Positions 38,672-52,360 are shown, numbered from the stretch's first letter. The stretch is DNA of 64,000 bases from Eledone cirrhosa (GCA_964016885.1 OZ024747.1:30752001-30816000); one strand, 5' to 3'. Notes: a model not told the origin generated them from the letters alone. Numbers and translations are program-made.

Positions 38672-40444
38672 CTATGTAAAAAAAAAAAAAAGATTACAGG
38701 AATATGTGAATAATAGAGATATTTCTGTATAAGAATTTGTAATTACACATAATTTTACAACATAGGAGGTTTATATTACAGTGTGCACACACAATAAAAC
38801 CTAAAACTAATTATTCATATTCAACCAAAATTGCTATATGAACTGTTTGAAAAACTTGTAAGAATTTTGTGGCAACCAATGGGAATATGTAATAAACTAT
38901 ACTGAAAGTTATAGCTGGGGAATTTTAAGCTGTTCCAATATTTTCTATTATTTTGTATTCCCAGTTTGAATACAACAATGAAATTATTAGTGATGTAAAA
39001 GTTTCATAATTTCTATGACACAGATGCATTTAAGATGACAAAATATACATTTAAACACAAGTGTAAACATGCCTTTAATTGTTAAATACAAACATAGTCG
39101 CATGGAAACAATACATTTGGGAAACAATTTATACATTTTGCACTTCCTAAATGGAAGCATGTAATAAAACAAATAACATTAAATATTTAAACTATATCAC
39201 TTTCATAACAAATGCACTTAAAAGAAAAGCAAACATTAACACTGTTCTTTACAGGTGGCCTCAAGATAAAAAAACTATGTAAATAATTTCTTTTGCTACA
39301 CTATTTTAAACAAAGAACATGGATATTCCATTTTATTCCAAAGCAGGAGGTAAGCTATAAAATAACGGTATTGATTGTGTGTGTATATTTGAAAGTAATA
39401 CAATAATTTTATGTTTCAAGAGTATTTCGATAGTGACCTGTTGAATTTCAGAAGGTCTTTTTTACATATTTATATATTATCATCATTCTCAAACATTATA
39501 TGCCCAAACTGGTGCCAATTGTTCAATTGTTTCTATTCTTTGACACTCTCAGCTCGTAATATTCAGAAATGTAAGCAATATCATCTCTCAATCGCATCTT
39601 GTGTCTTTCTACCACCTTAGTCTCCATTCTATGCATAACTTTGTCCATTTGTTGTCATTTATTCAAACCATATGCCCTGTCCATTTCCATTTTCTTTTCC
39701 TAATATGGCTTATGATGTCACACATTTCTATGCTCTCTTATCCACTGACAAGTCTTTCTGTTCTTTTTAATTATTCCTAACATACATCATTCGATATTTC
39801 TTTGCATTTTTCTCAGCTTGTATTCCATGTTCTTAGTCATCAACCATGTCACGTTCACAGATATATGATATAATATACACTTATATATTATATATACAGA
39901 TAAATTATTATATATACATTAATATAACATAATATACAATATCATATTAATATTATGATATCATTTTAAGTTGTACTTCTTAATGTCTTTAACCTAATAT
40001 ATTCCTTCCATATACTGTACCGATTGTGTTGTTATTTCTGTTTACCTTTTATGTACACACACGCACATATACATATATATATATATATAAATGACAACAA
40101 ATGGACAAAGTTATGCATAGAATGGAGATTAAGGTAGTAGAAAGCCACAGAATGAGATTGAGAGATGTTATACATGAAACTGCATCGCCTAGGTGGTGGC
40201 TGATGAGGAGTTGAGATCCTTTTGTTCATTTGTTCACTTTTTTTTTTATGTATATATCTATATATATATATAATAAAGAATTCATATCTAGTAACATATA
40301 TATACATACAAATGCATATCGATGCTCGCAAATATATAGGTTTTGTCTTAATAACATTGTGGTTCAATGCATGGGGTTGCAGAACAATAATATAAGAGAC
40401 GTAAAATAAGAAAATTATAAAATTAACTTACTTACTAAGATATC

Positions 40445-40526
40445 ACTTCCAACTAATTAGTTTCTGGAATGGAGTAGATACATCTTCCGAAGAAGGTGTA
40501 GAGAAACATCCCGTCATCAGGAAAGT
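40445..40526 (-). ncRNA. Type I hammerhead ribozyme (sense to host gene)
   Basis: ACTTTC-CTGATGA-CGGGATG...CATTCCA-GAAA-CTAATTAG (palindrome)-TT-GGAAGT. Confidence 0.85.
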
Positions 40527-41356
40527 CAATTCTCATATAAGTTTCCAGGCAAAGCGAGGACACTGGAAGCTTATTAAAAAATAAATCAGTGAATAGGAAA
40601 TAGCAAAGCGTGGACTTAATTCCTAGCCATTGAGAAAATCACTGCCTCTGTATCCGTGGCAAATTCAAAAAGAATTGAACAAGTGACATCAAGGTCAATC
40701 GGTGGAAAGTGGGTTGTTAATAAGACAGCGGCCAGCCTACTACTGTAGCAGCAGTCATGGCCAGTATTGCTCGACAAAAGATTTGGAGATAATAATAAAG
40801 AATTCATATCTAGTAACATATATATACATACAAATGCATATCGATGACGGGATGTTTCTCTACACCTTCTTCGGAAGATGTATCTACTCCATTCCAGAAA
40901 CTAATTAGTTGGAAGTGATATTTTAGTAAGTAAGTTAATTTTATAATTTTCTTATCTTACGTCTCTTATATTATTGTTCTGCAACCCCATGCATTGAACC
41001 ACAATGTTATTAAGACAAAACCTATATATTTGCGAGCATCGATATGCATTTGTATGTATATATATGTTACTAGATATGAATTCTTTATTATTATCTCCAA
41101 ATCTTTTGTCGAGCAATACTGGCCATGACTGCTGCTTCAGTAGTAGGCTGGCCGCTGTCTTATTAACAACCCACTTTCCACCGATTGACCTCGATGTCAC
41201 GTGTTCAATTCTTTTTGAATTTGCCACGGACACAGAGGCAGTGATTTTCTCAATGGCTAGGAATTAAGTCCACGCTTTGCTATTTCCTATTCACTGATTT
41301 ATTTTTTAATAAGCTTCCAGTGTCCTCGCTTTGCCTGGAAACTTATATGAGAATTG

Positions 41357-41438
41357 ACTTTCCTGATGACGGGATGTTTCTCTACACCTTCTTTGGAAGA
41401 TGTATCTACTCCATTCCAGAAACTAATTAGTTGGAAGT
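41357..41438 (+). ncRNA. Type I hammerhead ribozyme (a 5'-clipped copy lies at 40843-40916)
   Basis: Same fold as 40445-40526. CTGATGA at 41363-41369, GAAA at 41419-41422. Confidence 0.85.
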
Positions 41439-41488
41439 GATATTTTAGTAAGTAAGTTAATTTTATAATTTTCTTATTTTACGTCTCT

Positions 41489-41525
<37 letters not shown>

Positions 41526-43512
41526 GTGTCTGTTATAAATATGTTTTGAAATTCTGATACTCCTGACAGAGAGAACAATACGATAGTGTATAATCTGGGG
41601 GAAATTTGGTTGCAGTTTCTAGCACGTCAAATGAGTATGTAAAGACTCTTTTATTTGCTCACTTCTTGTCAGCTAATTTAACAGCATACCAGTCTACACT
41701 TCTCATGTAGACTGGGATACTATTAATTTAGCTGAATCTTTCTCCCTTTCTTTTTCTCTTTGAGATAGAAGATGAAGACAAATAACATAAGACTACTTAA
41801 AAACACAACTCAATGACTATAGCCAATTAAAAATAGACCATTGTAAGTATTAAGTACTGAAATCCTTTGAAATAACCTATCTCTGATATTAATTTTATTG
41901 TGACTAATGGAAGCCAGATTTAGAACATAGTATTGTACAGTAACGTAATTATAGGTTAAAGCATTCAATTTTGCAGCAGGGGAAAGTAGTTTTAATTCTA
42001 TACAGTACTCAAGACTTACATTATCTATTCTTTTCAGTGATAATTTGTAAACCAGAACTGAAGTAGTTCAATATTTTTTGCTTGTTTGCTTGTTTTAGAC
42101 TCTATATCGACTTAGTTTTAAGGGGGTTAAATATAAAAATTGTGACATGACAGCCTAATTTTAAAATATATAATAAATATATTGGTTGAATAAGACTTTT
42201 GATCATCTCTCATTTTGCACAAATATGAAAATGAACAAAGTCTGGGAAAAAATCTTCTTCAATCTACCTATTATCAATATTTACCAGGAGACAAGTAACA
42301 AAATAAATTTCACCAAGAAAACTAGATAGGCAATGTTTGTGTAAAGGTTCCTAACAAAAATAGATTCTTATCATGACAATTTTGTCAGTTCTAGAATTCA
42401 GTTTAGTAATTTACCATCAGTATTGATCAGTAAGTTTTGTCTTAATTTGATTTGCACAAGAACATTGCTTTTTATAATTATATTGTTGTCTCTAGGCATC
42501 ACCGAAATAGTATTCTCAGCACTGATTCGTTACCATGGTGATCACGATTCAAATTCAAGGATTTTGTGCAGTTATTTAAAATCAATGCATAAAAATTATT
42601 CCTCATACAGGTATACAAGAGTGCTTCTACTGTTCTTCAAAGCTATTCTGTTATATGTCTTCTTAAATAGATCACATTAAATACAACCAAAACCAAAATT
42701 ACTCTTAACTCTTAATCCTAAAGTATATATAATTTGTGAGTGGTTAAACATTCTAGAATAACAAGTTTTGTAAATAATCCAAATACAATAATTATTAACA
42801 CATATGGTTATATATTGTACAAACTGCATTATTTATTTTGGTTTATTGAATCAAGATTTATCAGCTTAGCATAATTTAGAATGTAGAAAATAGCCTGGAA
42901 TTTGATTGATTTAATGCATACATACAAGTATGTTTATTCTATTCAGTTTTCTTTTCTTTTGATATCACAAGTATAAATATTGAGCCAGTGTTGTTGTATG
43001 GATCAGGTATATGGACCCTGACACCAAGTACTTGAGAAGAAACTAGATGATGCATGCACTAAAATGCTTAGGTCTCTACAAACATAAACTGGCATCAACA
43101 TATTAAAAATGAACGTTTATATAGAAACTTGCCCAAAATACAACTACAATTGCTAAAATATGGTTATGATTTGCAGGACATTGCTGTAAAAGTAAGCAGG
43201 TAGTCATACACAAGCTACTATTGTGGGAACCAACTCACAGAAGCAGAAGACCTGCTCAAACCTTCATCAATCAACTCTCAGAAAATACAAACCTCAGAAG
43301 GGATGATGATGATGATGATATATATATATATATATATATCAAGGGCGGTGCCCCAGCATGGCCTCAGCCGGATGGCTGAAACAGGTAAAAGAGTATATAC
43401 ATACACACACGCATACACACACACATATATACATGACTGGTTTCTGCAGAGTTTCTGTCTATTGAAAAGAGGAAAAGATTTTCAAGAGATATATTTGAGA
43501 ACTTTTACATAC

Positions 43513-43700
43513 CAGTGATGAATTCATAGCGTGCCAGAAATCCTCTACCTCGAACAGCCCCATGAGTGTTCAGAATGAGTACTAAGCGTGGGTTTTCGCT
43601 GGTTAGCTCTGGAGGTAACAGCTCTCCACAGAACTTATCATGATATTTCTTGGAGCTTATTTGTCCCTTGAGGTTCACAGCCAAGTAACCAAGCATGCAA
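43513..43700 (-). CDS. sol-1: SOL-1-like exon (C-half of CUB domain A)
   Basis: Acceptor ttttacag, donor gtatgt. Phase 2 matches the previous exon. CMLGYLAVNLKG...DKFCGELLPPELTSENPRLVLILNTHGAVRGRGFLARYEFIT is a CUB C-half (FCG, GF.A.Y). Confidence 0.92.
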
Positions 43701-44459
43701 CTGTAAAAGAATTAAATACAAAGTGAATACAACTAATAATTATAATTCTATTCATTTCTTGGCATTTCTAATAATAACAATAATAATAATGATGATGATG
43801 ATTTAGGCACAAGGTCAACATTTTTTTTTTTTTGGGGGGATGGGTGAGGAAAGTAACACTAGTGCCTTACTGGTGCTTTATTTTGCTGATCCCTTTTCTG
43901 TAATGTGGAGTGAATGTAAAATACTATTTATTGGGATAAGATGCTAACATAGTAAAGGGAAGAACGACCCTTTGCAAAGTAGCACACAAACATCTTGTTT
44001 CAAGAATTTAATCAGTTTTTTTTACACAAATTTTCTTGAATTCTGATTAGTTTCTTTATATTTTTAATTAATAACTTTTAAAATTTCAGTTTCATCGATC
44101 GGTAGATAGTATCAGCAATGGAAAGAAGAAAGGAAACATTGTTTGATGAGTTCCTCGACACTCAGTAAGCTAATAAGGTCAGGGATCTTGTCAGCTCTGA
44201 CATTTTATTCCATGATTCCCCACTCTTAACAACATCAAATCTAAGAATATTAAACTGTGAGTATAACATACTTGAATTAACAAAGTTCACTCCTTGGCAA
44301 ATGGTAAAAATATTTCTTTTAAAAATTCTTCAAAATAAAAATATAAACAAAGACTTACTCAATATATGCAGAAACATGTAAAGATGCAATAATACTAATA
44401 TAAGTATGGTACTGTAACAAGTTCAGTAATGTCTTGATGTGTCAATCAAGTAGTTTTCT

Positions 44460-44572
<113 letters not shown>

Positions 44573-45164
44573 GAGAGTCTGTGGGGCTGAGACCAAGGAG
44601 ATCAATAACCGTGTGAGTACTCAACACCTCTTTCTCTCGCTATATAGAAAGAGTTCAAGAATAAACAAGACAAACACAGAGATGCAAAAACACAGTCGTT
44701 TTAGTTTGATGATTGGGAAGAAGTAAATAAATGTGTGTGTGTGTGTACAGAATACTTGGCCAGACTGTACCCTACCATTAAATAAAAAAGGGGCATTAGA
44801 ACCTCCATCTAATAATATTTGAGGCAAGACAATACACTCACTGCAGTGTTGCAGGAGATAGCAAAGAAACTGAAAACAAGATAACAGATGAAATCAATAA
44901 CAAATGACAACAAAACTATTGATTGAGATTAACATATTAGTATTGCTAATTTATTACTTTCACCTTTCATAATAATTTTATCATTGATGATATTGCAGCT
45001 CAAATTTAGACAATAAATTCCAATAGAATAATGTTTAGTTCCCAACCTTATCAATCTAATATGAATTGATATAAAGTATCAATAATAATTGCTAATAAGT
45101 GTAGAAATACTCACACATGTACACCTGGTCCAAACACAGAGGAACCAAACTCCCACTGTCATCA

Positions 45165-45540
45165 CCTCTGCCTCCTGCTCTCCCTATCTCTCACTATTAT
45201 GAGAAAATGGGGTCCTATGCACTGGCCACTCCATGGCCCTGGCAAACAGAATAGCGAAGGTGTTTCCCAAGAAGATGGTGAGGGAGATGTGCTGGAAGAG
45301 CCATCCCAGCTCGTGAGGGTCACACCTGCTGCTAGCCAGCTCTGTGCCAATGGTGGTATATAGGGAGGTAGCCTTAGGGTCAAGGACATCAGAAATTTCT
45401 ACTGCTACTGGCTTGATTACAAACCTGTTGGAGAGTGACCGATATTTGGAGTTGTTTACCATCCTCAGCCCGAATGGCAGCAGAGCCTGGGTTAGTCACA
45501 GACTGCACCAAGTTGCTGCTAATGATTGTCGAGAGGAGTA
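45165..45540 (-). mobile_element. CRE-like non-LTR retrotransposon 3' relic (restriction-like endonuclease region)
   Basis: KYRSL..F...PVAVE.S.V..P.A..L...IG..LA....DP.E..WLFQ.ISL.I..GN..AIL resembles the CRE C-terminal motif (P.A.ET.G...L.QR.S.A..RGNA). Confidence 0.7.
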
Positions 45541-46298
45541 TTAAATTATTTAATCCCCAGATCTCAAACTGTTTATTTCAAGTCCCAAACCATGGATACA
45601 AATATAGCTTGTTAAAAAAAAAAAAACATCTTATATACAAAAAATAAACAAATGCTTATAGGATTTATGATCCCCAAAAGAAATTTATTGTTTTTCTTTA
45701 TTTTAATGTTTTTATTCATTTTCTATTTTTAGTTTTATCGCATGACATCCAATCAGATATTTCCAGTACTTGATAATTTTGTTTTTAGCCCCATTCAAAT
45801 AACGGTTGATTAATGTTTTTTTTAAATTTAAGCACACAAAACTACTAAATTTAGAAAGTAGATGAATCAGCTGATATTATTTAATCTTTTGTTAAAGATC
45901 ATTAATTTCCAAACAAGACCAGTACAACAAGGTGTGATATTCATATCAAAAGGTTTATTAATTACAGAAATGAAGTGACTATTCTCTTATACTTTTCTGT
46001 AATTCTCTTTTGGGTTTGGAATTTTTATCAAATTTCTTTTCATTTAATTTTTCTATAAATCCTATTAATTTAAATCTATTATGAATAATTTGCTTGTTAA
46101 ACATTAACCTTTCTGTTCTCATGTTTTTAACAAAAGACTAAGCCTATGTTTTTCAAACAATTTTGAAGATATTTAAGAATTTAAAGGCCCTTTGTAATAC
46201 AATTAACTGTCACATGCACCAATATGTAAATATGATAGTTGTAAATATGATAGGAATTGTGTCAATGATACATGCACCATCACTACAGTGATACTACA

Positions 46299-46925
46299 GT
46301 AAATATGACAGGAAGTATGTCAATGTACCATGGACCAGTATAGAGTGTTGTAAATATGACAGGAAGTATGTCAATGTATCATGGACCAGTATAGAGTGTT
46401 GTAAATATGACAGGAAGTATGTCAATGTATCATGGCTAGTATAGAGTGTTGTAAATATGACAAAGTATGTCAATGTATCATGGGTCAGTATTGAATGTTA
46501 TAAATATGACAGGAAGTATGTCAATGTATCATGGGTCAGTACTGAATGTTGTAAATATGACAGGACGAATGTCAATGTAGCATGGGTCAGTATTGAATGT
46601 TGTAAATATGACAGGAAGTATGTCAATGTAGCATGGACCAGTATAGAGTGTTGTAAATATGACAGAAAGTATGTCAATGTAGCATGGCTAGTATAGAGTG
46701 TTGTAAATATGACAGGAAGTATGTCAATGTATCATGGCTAGTATAGAGTGTTGTAAATATGACAGGAAGTATGTCAATGTATCATGGCTAGTATAGTGTG
46801 TTGTAAATATGACATAAAGTATGTCAATGTATCATGGGTCAGTATAGAGTGTTGTAAATATGACAGAAAGTATGTCAATGTAGCATGGCTAGTATAGAGT
46901 ATTGTAAATATGACAGAAAGTATGA
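46299..46925. repeat. Minisatellite, about 12 copies of 48-51 bp
   Basis: Unit gtaaatatgacaggaagtatgtcaatgtatcatggaccagtatagagtgtt. Confidence 0.95.
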
Positions 46926-46974
46926 TAATCTATGATGGAACAATGCCTAAAGTTACAAGGGTATATATACTTAC

Positions 46975-47158
46975 TATGGCATAGAACCAGGAATGTCAAA
47001 GTCCATAAATTTAATGCGAGCCTTTTCTAAGTTTTGTTTATCCATCAGACCATCAATATAATAGTGGCAGGTCACATTGGCTGGAAAGTTGCTATGGTAA
47101 CCTGGAGAGGATATAGTACCATTCGATTCCTTTGAACTTACAACCCGAACGTCACATT
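46975..47158 (-). CDS. sol-1: SOL-1-like CUB-domain protein, internal exon (N-half of CUB domain A)
   Basis: Acceptor tttcag, donor gtaagt. Translates (phase 1) ECDVRVVSSKESNGTISSPGYHSNFPANVTCHYYIDGLMDKQNLEKARIKFMDFDIPGSMP. The CUB start pattern C..GTISSP.Y..N..C.Y and the DGLxDxQNLEK motif recall SOL-1 family proteins. Not in the ORF track. Confidence 0.9.
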
Positions 47159-48215
47159 CTGAAATTTAAATTTAAATATAATTTTAGAAGAATTTGATAA
47201 TTTTATAAATAAGACATCAAATATTCTATTTCTTTGTAATACAAATCGTGTTATACATTAACCGCATCCAAATAACCCATTATCATATATTTACATTGTT
47301 AACTCCCGCTCCACCGGAAAAAAAAACAAAACATTATTATATATTTCTACCAATCAGGGAGCATACAGGCCAAATAGAATTCATTTTCACCAGGAAATGA
47401 AATAGGTAAATAGTCGTATATGCCAAATCCTTCCCTGGGAAAGAATGAACCTTTTAACATAGATTAGTTGTCTGTGGTCTCAGAGTAAGGTCTAAATGGA
47501 TTGAGAGACAAAAGCCTGTCCAGAGAAGGAGGACATGTAAACTGAAAGAATCCTCAACTGGCAGTTTCAATACTGACCAGTCTGTCATGACATGTCCAGT
47601 CGTTGCTAGCAGGGAAAACGGATGCTAGATGGTGATGATTTAGAATCAGTACACCCTAACCTTGCATTTTGTAAGGGGTGATTAAACGGGTTGGCACCAA
47701 CTAATCATAAACCATTCTTTCAAAATGGACCCTATGAAGAGTATGAAAGCTGTCCAGAAGGTTAACCCCTACTATAACAGTGAAAATAACCTTAAAACAC
47801 TTGTTAACTATCTATATCATATCTTTATAATTAGATGACAATGATTATATTCGTTTTAAAAGAAATTATAATGAATTTATTCAGGTATCATTATTGGGCA
47901 GCTTTTAGTAGTAAGAGAATCGAATAACCGTATGAACACCAACAACGATGATAATAATAATATTAATAATAATAATAATAATAATAATTTGACTGGTACT
48001 GCACACGTATTGAGAAGAGCACTATATCTGTAAGATGGATATCCCTCATGGTATTTACATATAGACATGTGTATATATGTATACTGTTTTTTTTTAAATT
48101 ATAATCAATGTGCTGTATTAACTGGCTTACCAATGCACACTGTGAATTTATTTGCCCTAGGTGTCAGGAAGACACTCAGCATATATCTCAGAAACAATAA
48201 TGAAAGAAAATAAAA

Positions 48216-48218
48216 ATG

Positions 48219-48276
<58 letters not shown>

Positions 48277-49385
48277 TTTCTTTATTGGCCACAAGGGCTG
48301 ACATCAAGAAAAACATTACAGACGGCACAGGACAGTACAGGACGGTACGATGTGGGTTTTGTGCGTGTAAATATTTTTATTATTTATATAAGAAAAGAAA
48401 AAAAGGACATGGAAACATATATATATATATAAACAATAAAAATGAAAATTGAAACAATGAAAAATTCCCCAATAGGGGGGAAACCTCCGAGGGTTACTTG
48501 TGGCGAAAACCACACAAAAGACCACAGCCACCCTGACCACCAGGGCAAGTGCCCTCTCTCAATTTTTCCATCTCTCAAACTACAGACGTATATTCAGAGC
48601 GGTCCCGTTCACTCGGACCATTCTCGCTACATTCACCCACCTTTCAACAAACTTCCTAGAAGGCAGCACTTGCCTCTACACCCTGATTTTCCTCTTCAAG
48701 TGAAACTTGAAAAAGTTAATTAGGGATTCGTCAAAGAGGAAAGTGTCTGTCTTTAACTCTTTCAACCTTGTCCACCACACAATCTCTTTCGCCATGGCCA
48801 CCAGGCAGATGAAAACCGCCTGCCCTTCCTCCTCGAAGGAAGACGACGAGACCATCTGCATAATGGACTCAGTCGATAACCGGATCAGTCCTACACGCAA
48901 CAGCAACTGTTCGACATAGCTCCACAAGTCAGCAATGCTCGGGCACTGAACGAGTGCGTGCACGACAGTTTCGTCACTCTGCACGCATCTCGGACAGGCT
49001 CGGTTGACGGCACTTCCATGCCTGTAGAGCTTATCTCGAACCGGCAGCGCTCCCTGGTAGCACTGCCAGGCCAGGGATTTTTGGAAGTTATCCATAGGCC
49101 CTGGGCTGAAAGTTCTCCGGAAGAGAGCAAACAGCTGATCTTCTTCGACGCCCAGGATCTCTCCGAGAATGTCGTCGCTCTTCCCTTCCACTAGTTCTCT
49201 ATAGAATGCTGAGGTGAATGTTCCACCGATACTGGTGCCCAGCTGGCAGAGGGCAGTGAGCGGCTGGAGACATTCCAGTTTCCAAGCGCTATCCCTCGGT
49301 CTTTTTCTGACCCAGGACTGCAGCTCCGTCAAGGAGATGAGCTGTGGGAAAACATGCCTGGCGAACGGCGACCACACCTGTTCAC
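48216..49385 (-). mobile_element. L1/Tx1-clade LINE 3' fragment with (ATT)n tail
   Basis: zf-RVT and CCHC motifs LAWQCYQGALPVRDKL...CPRC...ETVVHALVQCP. AATAAA followed by (ATT)n. Confidence 0.85.
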
Positions 49386-49409
49386 CAATAATAATAATAA
49401 TAATACTAA

Positions 49410-51185
49410 TAACCAAAAGCCTAGAGATCTTTAAGGTGGCAGATAACATCAGGCAGTTGTTGAGCAAAGGTATGAAGTCCTGGGAAACAGAGTTAACATT
49501 GGGTGGAGAATCCTTGGGAGGCATGAAGATCAAGAGAGGTATCTTCTAGGGAGATAGTTTGTCCCCTCTGCTGTTTGTCCTTGTCTTGATACCCCTGACC
49601 ATTATATTGTGAAAAGAGAGCAGGCTACAAGTTGGGAAAAGGAGAGCTTACCATCAACCACCTCCTCTTCATGGACGATCTTAAACTCTTTGGGTAGAGT
49701 GAAAAGGAGCTGGATGTACTTGTTGACACTGTCCGTATTTTCAGCAATGATATATGTATGGAATTTGGTGTTAATAAGTGTGGAGTCCTAGTGATGAAGG
49801 GGGGTAAATTGAGCAGAAGCAATGGAATCCAGGTACCAACAGGTGAGATAATGAAGGAAATTGACACTGAGGAGGGATACAAATATTTAGGTGTTCTGGA
49901 GGCAGATGGCATCAAGAACAAAAAAATGAAGGAATTGATAAGATCTGAGTAAATGAGGAGCGTATTAAAGTCACATCTAAATAGTAGAAATGTCATCATA
50001 AGTGCAGTAAATTCTCGAGCTGTGTCTATTATTAGGTACGGTGCGGGAATTCTGAAATGGAATGTTGCTGAACAAAAAGAAATGGATAGGAAGACTAGGA
50101 AGCTATTGACTATCTACAACAAGTTCCACAAGAGGAGTGATGTCGATAGACTCTACTTAAGGAGATCTGAAGGTGGAAGAGGTCTTATCAGCATAGAGGA
50201 CTGTGTTCAGATGGAGAAAAACAACCCACACAAGTATGTGACTGCCAGTAGGGAGCCAATGCTCAAAATTGTACTGAAGGAGAAGATAATAGACCAGGGG
50301 ATGTCCAAGGAGGAAATAACAACAAGGAGGAAGACCAACCTTCATAAAAAATCCCTTCATAGTACCTTCTTTAAGAAAACGGAATTTAGAGATCCACAGA
50401 CATGGAACTGATTAAAAAGAGGAGACCTTAAAAAAGCTACAGAAGGAATGCTAATGGCTGCACAATAGCAAGCCTTCAGAACGAAGTGGGTGAAACACCA
50501 TATTTACAAGGAGGAGGCTAGCTCACTGTGTAGGATCTGTGGAAAGAGAGAGAGGAGACTGTGGCTCACATTGTATCCGAGTGTAAACACCTAGCCCAGA
50601 TGCACTATAAAGGCTGGAGACATGATGTGATACGCAGGGTGATCTACTGACATCTATGCAAACTAAACAATTTACCACATTCTGAGAAGTGGTATGAGCA
50701 TAATCCAGAGTCGGTGATAGAAAACTATCAGATGAAGGTACTATTGTATTTTAGGATGCAGATGGACAAGAAATTAGAACACAATAGGCCTGACCTGGTG
50801 GTTTTTGACAAGGAAAAAAGATTGTGCCTGATTGTAGATATAGCCTGCCCATTTGACACAAGAGTGCAAGAAAAGGAGAGGGAAAAAATTAACCAATACT
50901 AGGATTTAAAGTGGGGGTTAAAAAGAATTTGGAACTGCCATGAAATCAAAGTCATCCTGTCATAGGCGCACTAGACGCACTAGGTACTATCTCAAAGAGT
51001 TTCCAAGGATGATTAAAGAAGGTTAGTCCAGCCCCACTTTTTGGAACACTTCAAAAGACATGCTTGCTGGGAACAGAAAGAACCCTCCGGTACGTCCTGA
51101 ATATCTGAGGCTGCAGGTAGCGGCTTGATATTCATTTCAACAAACTTTCCAGTTAAATAACATCAATGACTGAGACTCAAAGAAC

Positions 51186-51220
<35 letters not shown>
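49410..51220 (+). mobile_element. R4/Dong-clade non-LTR retrotransposon, 5'-truncated and decayed
   Basis: RGIF.GDSLSPL, HLLFMDDLKLF, MEFGVNKC, YKYLG, LYLRRSEGGRGL, CRIC..ETVAHIVSEC, RHD, RPD.V...D.ACP.D (REL). Flanked by (AAT)n. Confidence 0.88.
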
Positions 51221-51222
<2 letters not shown>

Positions 51223-52360
51223 GTAGTTGTAGGAATGTCATAAGTGCTGTAAATCCCCAAGCTGTGTCTATTAATGGGTACGGTGCGGGAATTCTAAAAT
51301 GGAATGTTGCTAAATAAAAAGAAATGGATAGGAAGACTAGGAAGCTAATGACTACCTACAGCATGTTGCACAAGAGGAGTGATGTTGATAGACTCTACTT
51401 AAAGAGATCGGAAGGTGGAAGAATGTTAGCAGCATAGAGGACTGTGTTCAGATGGAGAAAAACAATCTGCACAAATGTTTCTGAGAGTAGGGAGCCAATG
51501 TTCAAAGTTGTACTGAAGGAGAAGACAATAGACCAGGGGATGTCCAAGGAGGAAATAACAACAAGGAGGAAGAGCAACCTTCATGAAAAATCCCTTCATA
51601 GCACCTTCTTTAAGACAACAGAATTTAGAGATTCACAGACATGGAACTGGTTAAAAAGCTACAGAAGGAATGCTAATTGCTGCGCAAGAGCAAGCCCTCA
51701 GAAGAAAGTGGGTGAAACACCATATTGACAAGGAGGGGGCTAGCTCACTGTGTAGTTTCTGTGGAGAGAGTGGAGACTGTGGCTCACATTGTATGCAAGT
51801 GTAAACACCTAGCCCAGACTCACTATAAAGGCTGGAGACATGATATGATAGGAAAGGTGATAGAATTTATCACATTCTGAGAAGTGGTATGAGCATAAGC
51901 CAGAGTCGGTGATAGAAAACAATCAGGTGAAGGTGTTATGGGATTTCAGGATACAGACGGATAAGAAATTAGAACACAGTAGGCCTGACCTGGTGGTTTT
52001 TGACAAGGAAAAGATTGTGCCTGATTTGTAGATGTAGCCAGCCCCTTTGCAACGAGAGTGCAAGAAAAGGAGAAGGAGAAAATTAACCGATACCAGGATT
52101 TAAAGTGGGAGTTAAAAAGGATTTGGGACTGTCATGAAATCAAGGTTGTCCTGATTGTCATAGTAGCACTAGGTACTATCTCAAAGAGTTTTCAAGGATG
52201 GTCCAGCCCCGCTTTTTGGAACACTTCAAAAGGCATGCTTGCTGGGAACAGCAAGAACCCTCCGATACGACCTGAATATCTGAGGCTTGATATTCATTTC
52301 AACTAACTTTCCAGTTAAATAATATCAATGAACAATAATAATAATAATAATAATAATAAC
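51221..52360 (+). mobile_element. Second, shorter R4/Dong copy in tandem
   Basis: Homologous to 49980-51185; ends in (AAT)n. Confidence 0.88.

Larger units (their letters stand above)
40271..41490. mobile_element. Retrozyme-like element: two inverted arms, each longer than one 522-bp circularly permuted unit
   Basis: taataaagaattcatatc at 40271 and 40793 (period 522). HHR sites after 40910 and 41432 (period 522). (TA)n on both flanks. Confidence 0.9.

Noticed and set aside
40616-41267. Duplicated 67-93 aa ORFs in the 522-nt unit
   Set aside because: Present on both strands with no recognisable motifs; a by-product of the duplication.
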